Shown here: piece after piece, positions 1 to 8,622 of the stretch
How positions within the stretch are numbered: position 1 is the stretch's first letter
Layout of the letters: each line of letters begins with the position of its first letter
From: a virus
IMG/VR virus record: IMGVR_UViG_3300028840_000888
Location: 1-64,000 of that record
DNA: 64,000 nucleotides
Strand: one strand, 5' to 3'
Made by a program: the position numbers and the translations under genes
Notes under the pieces: generated by a model
What the model was told of the DNA's origin: nothing
Databases searched by the model: none
What the model saw: only the letters and a program-made list of their open reading frames with translations

Positions 1-1
1 A

Positions 2-508
2 CTGGGCGGGGCCAAACTGGGCGGGGCCAAACTGAGCGGGGCCAAACTGGGCGGGGCCGACTTGGGCGAGGCCGACCTGAGCGAGGCCAACTTGGGCGAG
101 GCCGACCTGCGCGGGGCCAAACTGCGCGGGGTCAACTTGGGCGAGGCCGACCTGAGCGGGACCGACCTGCGCGGGGCCGACCTGAGCGGGGCCGACTTGG
201 GCGGGGCCAACTTGGGCGGGGCCGACCTGCGCGGGGCCAAACTGCGCGGGGCCAAACTGATCGGGGCCGACCTGCGCGAAATCGACCTGCGCATGGCCGA
301 CCTGAGCGGGGCAAACCTTGATTTTTCGGCGTTCCCGCTATGGTGCGGATCACTAAATTTCAAAGATGAAACAGGCGAGATACTACGTCAATTGGCGTAC
401 CATCTTGCCAGCCTCAAAGTGGCGAATGGCGTGGAATTACTACCCGGTGAGGCTGAATTTGCCAACGGATGGAGCGGCCGTGGGCGCCACGTATTGAAAA
501 AAATTTAG
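2..508 (+). CDS. Pentapeptide repeat protein (5'-truncated by window edge)
   Basis: A(D/N/K)LxG repeats encoded by a 15-bp tandem repeat from position 2; frame is open upstream of the listed start at 62; unique C-terminal domain. Confidence 0.9.
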   Translation: MGGAKLGGAKLSGAKLGGADLGEADLSEANLGEADLRGAKLRGVNLGEADLSGTDLRGADLSGADLGGANLGGADLRGAKLRGAKLIGADLREIDLRMADLSGANLDFSAFPLWCGSLNFKDETGEILRQLAYHLASLKVANGVELLPGEAEFANGWSGRGRHVLKKI

Positions 509-532
509 TATCATAATTCAAAGGAGAGAGCA

Positions 533-1018
533 ATGCAGATAAATAGTAGTTTTACAAAGGGAGTGGCAGAGGCGGTCGCGGTAGAGCAGCTTGTGCGAAC
601 GGCAGTCATCGCAGAGGAAGAAAGCGATGATATTGAAGTGACGCTAGAGCAAGCGCAACTTTTAATGGACATGTTGACCGGCGAGCCCATCGAGGAGCGC
701 ACCGGCATCCGCCTGGCGCATCAGCCGCAATTAACGCCGCAGGCGGCCTTCTCAGTCATCTACTACCTACAAGAGCATCTGCGCCTGATCCCGGATAGCT
801 ACGAGCAATGTATACAGTGCGGAAAATTGCATGATACTTCTTGCGGTGGATATACCGTGGACGCAACTGATGAGGTAGACTTATACACGCTTGATATTTT
901 TGAAACCCTGGGCCTTGACCCAGGCGTCCTCAAAGACCACGACGGCGCGAATTTCTGCGACCAGACTTGCGAGTATGAGTATTGGCGTGCAGTGGCGAAT
1001 GGAGACAGCAATGATTGA
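533..1018 (+). CDS. Hypothetical protein (CxxC motif)
   Basis: AAGGAG RBS, 161 aa, stop overlaps dnaB start. Confidence 0.7.
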   Translation: MQINSSFTKGVAEAVAVEQLVRTAVIAEEESDDIEVTLEQAQLLMDMLTGEPIEERTGIRLAHQPQLTPQAAFSVIYYLQEHLRLIPDSYEQCIQCGKLHDTSCGGYTVDATDEVDLYTLDIFETLGLDPGVLKDHDGANFCDQTCEYEYWRAVANGDSND

Positions 1019-2327
1019 CAACCCCGTCCCGCGCAGCCTCAAAGCCGAGGCTGCCGTACTGGGCGCGATCATGATTGACCCGCAGGCCATCGTTAGGGTG
1101 GCGCAGCTCCTCAAGCCGCATGATTTCTATGAAGCGCGCCATGAGACCATCTTCGCGGCATTGACTAGCTTGCATGATGAACACATGCCCATCGACCTAA
1201 TCAGCGTGACGGCGCGCCTCGAGAAGCGTGACAAACTACAGCGTGTCGGCGGCGCGGCTTATCTGACATCCCTCGCAAATCATGTACCATCAGCGTTCCA
1301 CGTTGAGGCTTATGCCCGCGAGGTAGAAGACGCAAGCATCCGCCGGCAAGTTCTGCAAGCATCCATGAAGGCGGTCAAGGCCGCCTTTGATACAAGCAAG
1401 TCACTCGATGAGATTTTGGACATTGCCGAAACGCAGGTGTATAGCGTGCGCCAGCAAATCTACACCGAGAACACCGTCCCGGCATCCGTGGCGGCCAGCG
1501 AGTTGTGGGATGAGTTGGAGAAGGCCCACGCCGCCGGCGCGCCGATTGCCTTCAAAACGGGATACAAGGCGCTGGATGAGTACTATCGCCTGCGCAATAG
1601 CGAGGTGACGATAGTGGCGGCCAGGCCAGGCATGGGCAAGTCGGCGCTTTGTCTGAACCTGGCCCAGTGCGCGGCGAAGGCCAGCAAAACGTCGCTGATC
1701 TTCTCGCTCGAAATGACGCGACGGCAGATAGTGGGCCGTATCGCCGCGAGCCGTGGACACATCACCACACAGCAGATCAAAAACGGCGAAATTCCAGACG
1801 AGCTATGGGGCCAAGTCGCCACGGACATCGAGGAGGCCGCCGCCCTTCCTATCCACATCAATACCACGCCTGGCATGTCCATTGGCGAGTTGCGCGCTGA
1901 GACACTGCGCTTCGTGCAGAAGCACGGCAAGCCGGATGTGGTCTTCATTGACTACATTCAGCTTATGGAATCGCAGAATCGTAGAGAGAAGCGGTATCTT
2001 GAGGTGGGGCAAATCTCACGCGGGATCAAGCGGCTATGTTTGGAGCTTGACCGGCCCTTCGTGGTAGCCTCACAGCTAAACCGCCTCGCCGCCGGTCAGG
2101 TTCCACAACTGCACCACCTGCGGGAATCGGGAGACCTTGAGCAGGACGCAGATAATGTGATCTTCATCCATTACGATAGTGAAGCCTCCGGCGATGTCAA
2201 CGCGCAGATCATCATCGCCAAGCAACGCGAGGGCAAGAAAAGCGTGGTCGTGTACTTGAAGTGGGCACCGGAGCGAGTGTCATTCCTTCCGATGCCGTAT
2301 CCTGTAGTTAGTCCGGGTGACTGGTAA
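1011..2327 (+). CDS. dnaB: Replicative DNA helicase DnaB
   Basis: N-terminal P..AEAAVLGAI, Walker A AARPGMGKS, FSLEM, IDYIQLM, SQLNR, LRESGDLEQDAD, IIAKQR. Confidence 0.96.
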   Translation: MIDNPVPRSLKAEAAVLGAIMIDPQAIVRVAQLLKPHDFYEARHETIFAALTSLHDEHMPIDLISVTARLEKRDKLQRVGGAAYLTSLANHVPSAFHVEAYAREVEDASIRRQVLQASMKAVKAAFDTSKSLDEILDIAETQVYSVRQQIYTENTVPASVAASELWDELEKAHAAGAPIAFKTGYKALDEYYRLRNSEVTIVAARPGMGKSALCLNLAQCAAKASKTSLIFSLEMTRRQIVGRIAASRGHITTQQIKNGEIPDELWGQVATDIEEAAALPIHINTTPGMSIGELRAETLRFVQKHGKPDVVFIDYIQLMESQNRREKRYLEVGQISRGIKRLCLELDRPFVVASQLNRLAAGQVPQLHHLRESGDLEQDADNVIFIHYDSEASGDVNAQIIIAKQREGKKSVVVYLKWAPERVSFLPMPYPVVSPGDW

Positions 2328-2360
2328 TAGTTTACTAAGTGAAAATAAAGGAGAAAGGAC

Positions 2361-2714
2361 ATGAAAGCGAAATATCAAGCGAAGTTGGTTAAGGCGTGGA
2401 ATACATACCTTGAGCAGGTGTATGCAATCGCGGAGGAGGCCCGCGAGGAGATTGGCCCGATACTGGATCAACATGGACTAAAGCTAATGTCGGGCAATGG
2501 CGCTTTTGCAATCGTATCACGCGACACTCATGGATTGTGTGTAAGCCCATACACGCACACATGGCGACAAGACCGGCACTTCAAGGCGTTTGTTGATGAC
2601 GGGCAGACCAATGACATGATTGATGTGCTGACCATTGACGTGTCTGGCATGAACAATGACCTGGGCTCGCTTATGGATGACTGGCCGGACGAGAAAGGAG
2701 AAGGCGATGAGTGA
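2361..2714 (+). CDS. Hypothetical protein
   Basis: AGGAG RBS; coupled to next ORF. Confidence 0.7.
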   Translation: MKAKYQAKLVKAWNTYLEQVYAIAEEAREEIGPILDQHGLKLMSGNGAFAIVSRDTHGLCVSPYTHTWRQDRHFKAFVDDGQTNDMIDVLTIDVSGMNNDLGSLMDDWPDEKGEGDE

Positions 2715-3006
2715 GAAATATTACGATGAAGTCATTGCGCCACAGCTTGCGGCTATCGCGCAGGATTGTGCGAATCACGAGATGTCCTTTGCTGCTGTGG
2801 TAGAGTATGAGCCGGGTAGTGCAGCGAGTACGCGCATGATGGTAGATGGCGCAACTGTCCTCTATCACATGGTAAGCGGTGCAATCGAAGCGCAGGGTAA
2901 TGTGGATGCACTTATCATGGCATTGTACAAGTGGACAAAAGAAAATGGGCGCATGGGCGAGTCGCTTATGCTTAGAATGATACAGTTAGGAATGGACGAG
3001 TGCTGA
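2707..3006 (+). CDS. Hypothetical protein
   Basis: AAGGAG RBS before ATG 2707 (MSEKYY). Confidence 0.7.
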   Translation: MSEKYYDEVIAPQLAAIAQDCANHEMSFAAVVEYEPGSAASTRMMVDGATVLYHMVSGAIEAQGNVDALIMALYKWTKENGRMGESLMLRMIQLGMDEC

Positions 3007-3015
3007 TGATGGACC

Positions 3016-3117
3016 GCATGTTCTAAGACCTTGCGGTCATTTTAGTACCAATTTAGAAATTGGGTGTCTAAATGGTCTGTTTGGGTATTGACAATAGCTT
3101 AGTTATATGGTAGAATA
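3016..3117 (+). promoter_or_regulatory. Repeated promoter cassette, copy 1 (TTGACA 3088-3093, N17, TAGAAT 3111-3116)
   Basis: 102 bp, 3 mismatches versus 8220-8321; contains CCTTGCGGTCATTTT and palindrome CCAATTT-AG-AAATTGG. Confidence 0.9.
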
Positions 3118-3169
3118 TATCTAATGAGGGAGGGACATCCCCACCCGATAGCGAGAAGGAGATAGAGAG

Positions 3170-3442
3170 ATGAAAGAGCAAACAGAGGTTCGGCTTTGCC
3201 TGGCAGATTTAGAAGAGTGGGTTACGAGTGGCGATGATGTAACCGCAGAAGATGTCGAGCAATACATCACCAAGTACGTGGGCGCAATGCAGAAGGCAAT
3301 GGGTGACGAGTACGAGGTGTGGGCGACTGATGACGTGATCCAAGACCGGATCGCAGGTCAGCCCGCCAAGTACGCGAGCGAAGAGGACTTCAACGCATAC
3401 AATGCGGCGATGGAGGAGGTGACGAGCAATTGGACTTGGTAG
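3170..3442 (+). CDS. Small acidic hypothetical protein
   Basis: AAGGAG RBS, first gene after promoter cassette 1. Confidence 0.75.
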   Translation: MKEQTEVRLCLADLEEWVTSGDDVTAEDVEQYITKYVGAMQKAMGDEYEVWATDDVIQDRIAGQPAKYASEEDFNAYNAAMEEVTSNWTW

Positions 3443-3504
3443 CCATCACCGGGGCCAACGCCCCGGCCTTCCCTACTGCTGACAAGTGCAAATTTGTCGG
3501 CAGT

Positions 3505-3604
3505 GGGGACGGAGGAGCAATTCAACAAACCACATCGCGCTCCACAGTAAGGCGCTGGTAGCACATCACTACCAGGCTAGGGTTCGAATCCCTAGTCCGT
3601 CCCT
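3505..3604 (+). ncRNA. Non-canonical tRNA-like RNA
   Basis: GGGACGGA/TCCGTCCC terminal stem, T-arm CTAGGG-TTCGAAT-CCCTAG, hairpin CTGGTAG-CACATCA-CTACCAG; D-arm and anticodon arm atypical. Confidence 0.55.
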
Positions 3605-3951
3605 TTAGAAGAAAATACAGACAAGGAGTATAATGGAAGCACTGAGCGATCAAAACACGAAAAACACGCCCTCTGTTGCGGCTTGTAGCCTGCCAGGTCA
3701 AACCCTGGTAGTAGAACAGACGTACAAACTACTGCCAGCGCATGAGCGCCTTGAGGTCGTACCGTTTGAACTTTGCGCCCTTTGCGGTCAGCCGGTTGAG
3801 CCGTGGCACAATGGTCTACATCCTGAGTGCGAGGCGCTGATAGATGCGCAGGCATGGGCTAGGCATAGCATTGGAGGCGATGACTTCTAAGGGCCTGGTC
3901 AGCCTATCATCTATTATTTTAGTTTAGTAATTCATTCAAAGGAGTGAGATC

Positions 3952-5151
3952 ATGACAGAAGAAAAAGGGACGGAATTAGCAGAGCAACAGAGACAGCATG
4001 ATATTATTGGATATGAGGGGAGCGAGGCGTATCAGCAGCAACGTGCTATCATCAAGGCATCGGCGCCGTTTGCAGAGAAAATGACGGCGATACAAATTGA
4101 CTATGTTGCACGGCGCTCTTATGCCTTAGGCGTTGATCCGATGAACAGCCACGAAGGCCACTGGTATCTCGACAAGAAGAACAAGGTGCAGTTTCAATGG
4201 GCTTACCAGCTCATTGAACAGTTTATAGCCAAGTTCCACGGCCAGCATACCATGCCCAAGTACCGTGAGCTTGAAACTGAGGAATTGGTAGCACGCGGCC
4301 TTAATCCCGATGATCATGCCGTCGAGGTCGTCTTCTTCATGAATGACGACCTACCAAAGGTTTATGAGGCAGCGGCATCCGGTGCCTTCGATGTCCATGA
4401 GGCCCGCGAGATGTTCATGATGCGCGGGATCGGAACGGCGACGGCTAAGGAGTGGGATACGTGGTATTTCGCCCCGGCAGGGCGCGACAAGCGGTGGAAG
4501 ATTGAGAAACGGGCGGTCACGGACGCACTGATCAAGCGTTTCGGGACGCCAAACCGCGCTCAGGTCTCGCAGTTGCGCCGTGATCGTGGTCAAGATGTGA
4601 TCGAAGCCGAGGACTGGCAAGACACCGAGGGCTTAGCACCTGGCGATGCCGTAGCCCTCGCAAAGTTACATGCCCAGGATCGTCAGCGCGCGCCGATGAG
4701 CCGCGAGGATATGTGCGCAGCAAAGGAGGCGCTATTTGGTGCGCCCAAGAAGCATGCAGGGGAGCAAGCGCCGGATGAGGATGTGCAGGACGGCGAGTTC
4801 ACCATGACGGATGAGGCTACGCCAGAGCCGCCACCGGATCCGCTGGATGAGCACTTCCCACGTGAGGATGACGAAGCTGCCAGCGACACTGAGCCCAAGC
4901 CGGCACCAAAGCTGGAAACCAAAGGCGACTATTTCAACGCCATCCTTGCGGCAGTGAAGGAGTTCCATGCCCTCACGAGCTTGGATCTCAAACGAGTGCC
5001 TGATGGCAAGTGGAACATCGAGCGGGCACGAAAGGCGCTTGAGATAATCGTAGTTGCAAATTCCTCAATAATGGCATCACAAGGGCTTGACGAAGCCGTT
5101 GATTTCTACGACATCCACAGCGAGGTCGGTCAGGCCCTCGCACAGGTATAG
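3952..5151 (+). CDS. Hypothetical protein, possibly RecT/Bet-like single-strand annealing recombinase
   Basis: Strong RBS; globular N-terminal ~210 aa, acidic Pro-rich linker and small C-terminal domain, an architecture typical of phage SSAPs; family not certain. Confidence 0.4.
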   Translation: MTEEKGTELAEQQRQHDIIGYEGSEAYQQQRAIIKASAPFAEKMTAIQIDYVARRSYALGVDPMNSHEGHWYLDKKNKVQFQWAYQLIEQFIAKFHGQHTMPKYRELETEELVARGLNPDDHAVEVVFFMNDDLPKVYEAAASGAFDVHEAREMFMMRGIGTATAKEWDTWYFAPAGRDKRWKIEKRAVTDALIKRFGTPNRAQVSQLRRDRGQDVIEAEDWQDTEGLAPGDAVALAKLHAQDRQRAPMSREDMCAAKEALFGAPKKHAGEQAPDEDVQDGEFTMTDEATPEPPPDPLDEHFPREDDEAASDTEPKPAPKLETKGDYFNAILAAVKEFHALTSLDLKRVPDGKWNIERARKALEIIVVANSSIMASQGLDEAVDFYDIHSEVGQALAQV

Positions 5152-5161
5152 GAGGAATACC

Positions 5162-5614
5162 ATGACTATTGATAAGCTAGTACAGGAGTTAGCAGTTTTA
5201 CGCGCTGACCTTGAAAGCGCACAAAATGACGTTAAGGACGCGCAGGAGGCGCTTGAGGCTACGCTTGAGCATGATCATCTAAAGCGCACTCAAGATACCG
5301 TGATTATCATCAAAGAGCGCATCGCCACCGCAGAGATGCGCGTGCGTGACGCCGCAGTCGCCATGTATGACGACACTGAGAACAAGCACCCACACCAGGC
5401 CGTTAGCATCGCCGTTACGAAGACGGCACGATACGACCTCGGAAAGGTTCTTGAGTGGTGCAAGGAAAACGCGCGTATCTTCATCAAGGAGTCGTTAGAC
5501 AAGAAGCCGTTTGACAAGGCTGCCCGACAAGGGATTATCGCACCGGAGCTGGTCACGATTGAAGAGATCCCGACGGCTAGGATCTCAAGCGACCTGTCGG
5601 AGTACATCAGTTAG
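5162..5614 (+). CDS. Coiled-coil protein, Gam/gp157-like
   Basis: AGGAGG RBS; N-terminal coiled coil and C-terminal 'IKESLDKKPFDK' segment; follows the putative SSAP. Confidence 0.45.
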   Translation: MTIDKLVQELAVLRADLESAQNDVKDAQEALEATLEHDHLKRTQDTVIIIKERIATAEMRVRDAAVAMYDDTENKHPHQAVSIAVTKTARYDLGKVLEWCKENARIFIKESLDKKPFDKAARQGIIAPELVTIEEIPTARISSDLSEYIS

Positions 5615-5638
5615 GAGAAGGTGGTCAATCTAAACAAG

Positions 5639-5662
5639 CTCCCGGTGAAGGCCGGGAGTTTT
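5639..5662 (+). terminator. Intrinsic terminator
   Basis: CTCCCGG-TGAAGG-CCGGGAG followed by TTTT. Confidence 0.75.
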
Positions 5663-5714
5663 GCTTAAAATGACCGCAAGGTAGTGTCTAAATGAGGGCT
5701 CAAAAACGGGCAAG

Positions 5715-5802
5715 CCATGCGGTCACTTTAGCTACTTTTCCGAAATTGACTGTCTAAACGGCCTGTTTGGGTCTTGACAAATGCTTAGTTATCTGTTATA
5801 AT
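5715..5802 (+). promoter_or_regulatory. Repeated promoter cassette, copy 2 (TTGACA 5774-5779, N17, TATAAT 5797-5802)
   Basis: Diverged copy of the 3016-3117 element; consensus sigma70 hexamers. Confidence 0.88.
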
Positions 5803-5844
5803 AAGACTATAAAGTTAAGTGAGTAAATTATTAAGGAGAAGATC

Positions 5845-6192
5845 ATGAACAAGCAAAAGCAAGAAATCAAGGGCAGAGTATTCGTAGCAGATTATCAGTT
5901 TTCAATGGAGATCGGTGACTTGAAGTTGACAGTTCGCAGCGACTTCAATGACAAGCCACAGGCCCCGGCAGTCTCATGGGCCGGCAGCGGTGAGCATGAT
6001 CAAGAAGAAGTCGCGCAAATGCTGGTAGATTTGACATTCTTCAACGAGGTCATGAAGGCCCTGGAAGGGCTAGAAGACTTCTCACAATTGCTTGTATACG
6101 AGAGCGAATACTGTGAAGTGCAGAAATTTAGAAGTGGACGACTGCGCCTGTGGGTAGATGCCCGGTTCGTCATCGTTGATCGCAGAAGCTAG
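5845..6192 (+). CDS. Hypothetical protein
   Basis: AAGGAG RBS after promoter cassette 2. Confidence 0.75.
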   Translation: MNKQKQEIKGRVFVADYQFSMEIGDLKLTVRSDFNDKPQAPAVSWAGSGEHDQEEVAQMLVDLTFFNEVMKALEGLEDFSQLLVYESEYCEVQKFRSGRLRLWVDARFVIVDRRS

Positions 6193-6213
6193 AAACAACA
6201 AAGGAGAAGAACA

Positions 6214-6510
6214 ATGTTACAAAAGCAAGTTGTCAAGGAATACATGGAAAATGCGGTGTACGACTTTATTGATGATGACGGCATAGCCCAGGTAAGAGAC
6301 CTAGAAGCCGATGCGATTAACTTCTTTAACATCGGTGACGATGATTATGACAACCAAGACCTGATCCTTGATGTTGCCCTGGAAGTATCTAAAGAGCAGG
6401 AACAGGTTTACTGCTATGTTTGCGACCAGACCAGTGAGATCACCGATGATAATGCCTGCCCTATCTGCGGCAGCATGAGCTATGGTTACGGGATCAAGAT
6501 TCATGCATAG
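6214..6510 (+). CDS. Acidic protein with C-terminal zinc ribbon
   Basis: CYVC...CPICG; AAGGAG RBS. Confidence 0.7.
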   Translation: MLQKQVVKEYMENAVYDFIDDDGIAQVRDLEADAINFFNIGDDDYDNQDLILDVALEVSKEQEQVYCYVCDQTSEITDDNACPICGSMSYGYGIKIHA

Positions 6511-6850
6511 CACACAGATCGTCATTCAGGAAGACGGCAGCGTTTTAGCCGTCTTCCACCCAAACCAGGAATCCGAAGTAAGTCCGCTTGAGACTTTCGG
6601 CACAATCAAGGAAGAGCGGCGAGGCGGTCATGTGTGGCCCATGAATCCGGTAAAGCGCATGTCATTCAAGTTACTACGTAAAGTTTTTGGTGGTGCAGGC
6701 CATGTCGCGGACTGGACGCGCACATGGCGCGGGCCGTGGTCGGTATGGGATGCGGTGACGCTTGAGCAGGTTGCCGTAGAGCAAGCCACGCATGAGGATG
6801 CGGTGGCGGCTGAAATTGAGTGGATAGTAGAGGAGAAAAGTCATGAATGA
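6503..6850 (+). CDS. Hypothetical protein (resembles a companion of AAA/DUF1257/DUF2997 clusters)
   Basis: IVIQEDGSV...FGTIKEERRGGHVWP pattern; coupled to neighbours. Confidence 0.55.
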   Translation: MHSTQIVIQEDGSVLAVFHPNQESEVSPLETFGTIKEERRGGHVWPMNPVKRMSFKLLRKVFGGAGHVADWTRTWRGPWSVWDAVTLEQVAVEQATHEDAVAAEIEWIVEEKSHE

Positions 6851-7229
6851 GCAAGAATTTCGGTTTGAGGTACGTCACGTGTTTATCGATCGGCCTGAGC
6901 AAGTTGGGCGAGATGATCTAGTATTCAATGCCCCGCGTCCTATCCCTGGGCGCGTGGTATTCAACGGGCAGTTTATTCATGGCCGCTTCTATGCGGCCTT
7001 TGAGTATAGCGACGATGACTACCGGCTATGCCTCAAGCGGTGCCATGAGCTTGATGCGGTGCTCGTGATGTACCATGACAAGGATGCCGAGATTGCCGGG
7101 ATTCGTGAAGCCGTTCAGGAGTTCTATGATGCACAAAGGCCCGGATTAGTAGATGTGTCTGAGCATGGTGACAATGTTGTTTTGCGGTCATGGTTACAGC
7201 ACATCGCCGTAAAGGAGATTATGCTGTGA
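6843..7229 (+). CDS. Hypothetical protein
   Basis: GAGGAG RBS; overlapping start and stop. Confidence 0.7.
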   Translation: MNEQEFRFEVRHVFIDRPEQVGRDDLVFNAPRPIPGRVVFNGQFIHGRFYAAFEYSDDDYRLCLKRCHELDAVLVMYHDKDAEIAGIREAVQEFYDAQRPGLVDVSEHGDNVVLRSWLQHIAVKEIML

Positions 7230-8230
7230 ACGCCCCGCAATACCCGGAGCGCGGCTGGCTTCTTCCATACCTCCTACTCCTGGATGGCGTGAAGGCCACC
7301 CGCAATGACTACCCGACAGACCTTAGCAAGAAACAACTTGCCAAAATTGGGCCGCTGCCGTATAGCGGCCCTTGTCGTTGGATGTACTGGTCGTGGATAT
7401 GTGAGCATGTTGATCTGCCCGCCGCGCCCATCCCGCAACTACACTTTACCGCAGCGCCGCAGCACGTAGACATGCGCCACATCCAGGAGTGCTTGCGCTA
7501 TCCTGTACGTAGGCATTGGCAATGGTACGACGAGGCTTGGATATTCATGGTCAAGTGGTTATTGCACGGCTTCGGGCGCCGCGACCTTGAGGACGAGGTG
7601 GCACGCATCCCGGAGGATGTACGTGAGCAATGGTACAGGTTTTTCAACCTGGCCCACTTGCTACACTCGCCCTGCGACTGGTCGGCCTTCATCTTGCAAG
7701 GCGGCCTACAAGACGACAAGCGCACGAAGTCACCCTGGGCCAGTACCACCGGCTTCTACTCCACGCCCATGCCTGTGATCAAGCTAATGAGTGATGTCAC
7801 GATGGGCGAAGCTGATCCACTCATTGACCAGCGCCTTGTGTCCGTCCACGACTGCTGCTGCGGTAGCGGTTCCATACTCCTGGAAGCCAGCAACCGATCA
7901 CTACGGCTATCCGGCCAGGACATTGTACACTCGCTGTGCCTGTGTGCGGAGTTGAACGGCTATCTATTCGCGCCCTGGCTGGTCATAATGCCGAACAATG
8001 TGCGCGAGATGTTGGATCACAAGTACAAGCAGATGATGGCCGTTGTGAGGATGCGCGACTTGCTGCGCGGCGATGTGTGGGCGATGCCGGACATCCAGGA
8101 AGCGCCGGTGGGCATTGAGGTATCCACGGATACGGCGACAGCCGAGAGGGCCGTAGAGCGCGCAGTGAAGGCCGCGAGCTTTTGGGAACATGTACAGGCG
8201 GGCGAGATTGAGCAGATGAGCATGTTCTAA
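7226..8230 (+). CDS. N6-adenine DNA methyltransferase-like protein (SAM-binding half only)
   Basis: Motif X GFYSTP and motif I HDCCCGSG, G-Q-D-I; no NPP(Y/F) motif visible; GTG start after AAGGAG. Confidence 0.65.
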   Translation: MNAPQYPERGWLLPYLLLLDGVKATRNDYPTDLSKKQLAKIGPLPYSGPCRWMYWSWICEHVDLPAAPIPQLHFTAAPQHVDMRHIQECLRYPVRRHWQWYDEAWIFMVKWLLHGFGRRDLEDEVARIPEDVREQWYRFFNLAHLLHSPCDWSAFILQGGLQDDKRTKSPWASTTGFYSTPMPVIKLMSDVTMGEADPLIDQRLVSVHDCCCGSGSILLEASNRSLRLSGQDIVHSLCLCAELNGYLFAPWLVIMPNNVREMLDHKYKQMMAVVRMRDLLRGDVWAMPDIQEAPVGIEVSTDTATAERAVERAVKAASFWEHVQAGEIEQMSMF

Positions 8231-8321
8231 AACCTTGCGGTCATTTTGATACCAATTTAGAAATTGGGTGTCTAAATGGTCTGTTTGGGTATTGACAATA
8301 GCTTAGTTATATGGTAGAATA
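8220..8321 (+). promoter_or_regulatory. Repeated promoter cassette, copy 3 (TTGACA 8292-8297, N17, TAGAAT 8315-8320)
   Basis: Near-identical to 3016-3117. Confidence 0.9.
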
Positions 8322-8361
8322 AGTATATTAGATTAACAAGTGAAGTTCAAAGGAGAGAGCA

Positions 8362-8622
8362 ATGCAGAAATTATACCGGTTTTCACGTTATCCGATAGTG
8401 GGTGAGTGGATTGTGTTACGCGATGAGGAGAAGCAGGCCGCGATGGCAGCCATCACAGATGAAGAAAAGTTACGCCTTGAAACGATAGGGCATGCAAAAG
8501 TGATCTATAAAATTAACAACATCACATGGTATGCAACCGTCGCAACGGATTTGATGTTTGAAATTATGCGCCAGAATGAAGAGCGTAGGTATAGAGTTGT
8601 CAAAGGAGAAAGCGATGACTAA
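8362..8622 (+). CDS. Hypothetical protein
   Basis: AAGGAG RBS after cassette 3. Confidence 0.7.
   Translation: MQKLYRFSRYPIVGEWIVLRDEEKQAAMAAITDEEKLRLETIGHAKVIYKINNITWYATVATDLMFEIMRQNEERRYRVVKGESDD

Noticed and set aside
891-1010. Extended N-terminus of DnaB from the ORF track
   Set aside because: Overlaps the upstream gene; DnaB homology and GGAG RBS point to ATG 1011
3505-3604. tRNA-Sec or suppressor tRNA
   Set aside because: No TCA or CTA anticodon in a 7-nt loop and no Sec-type D-stem
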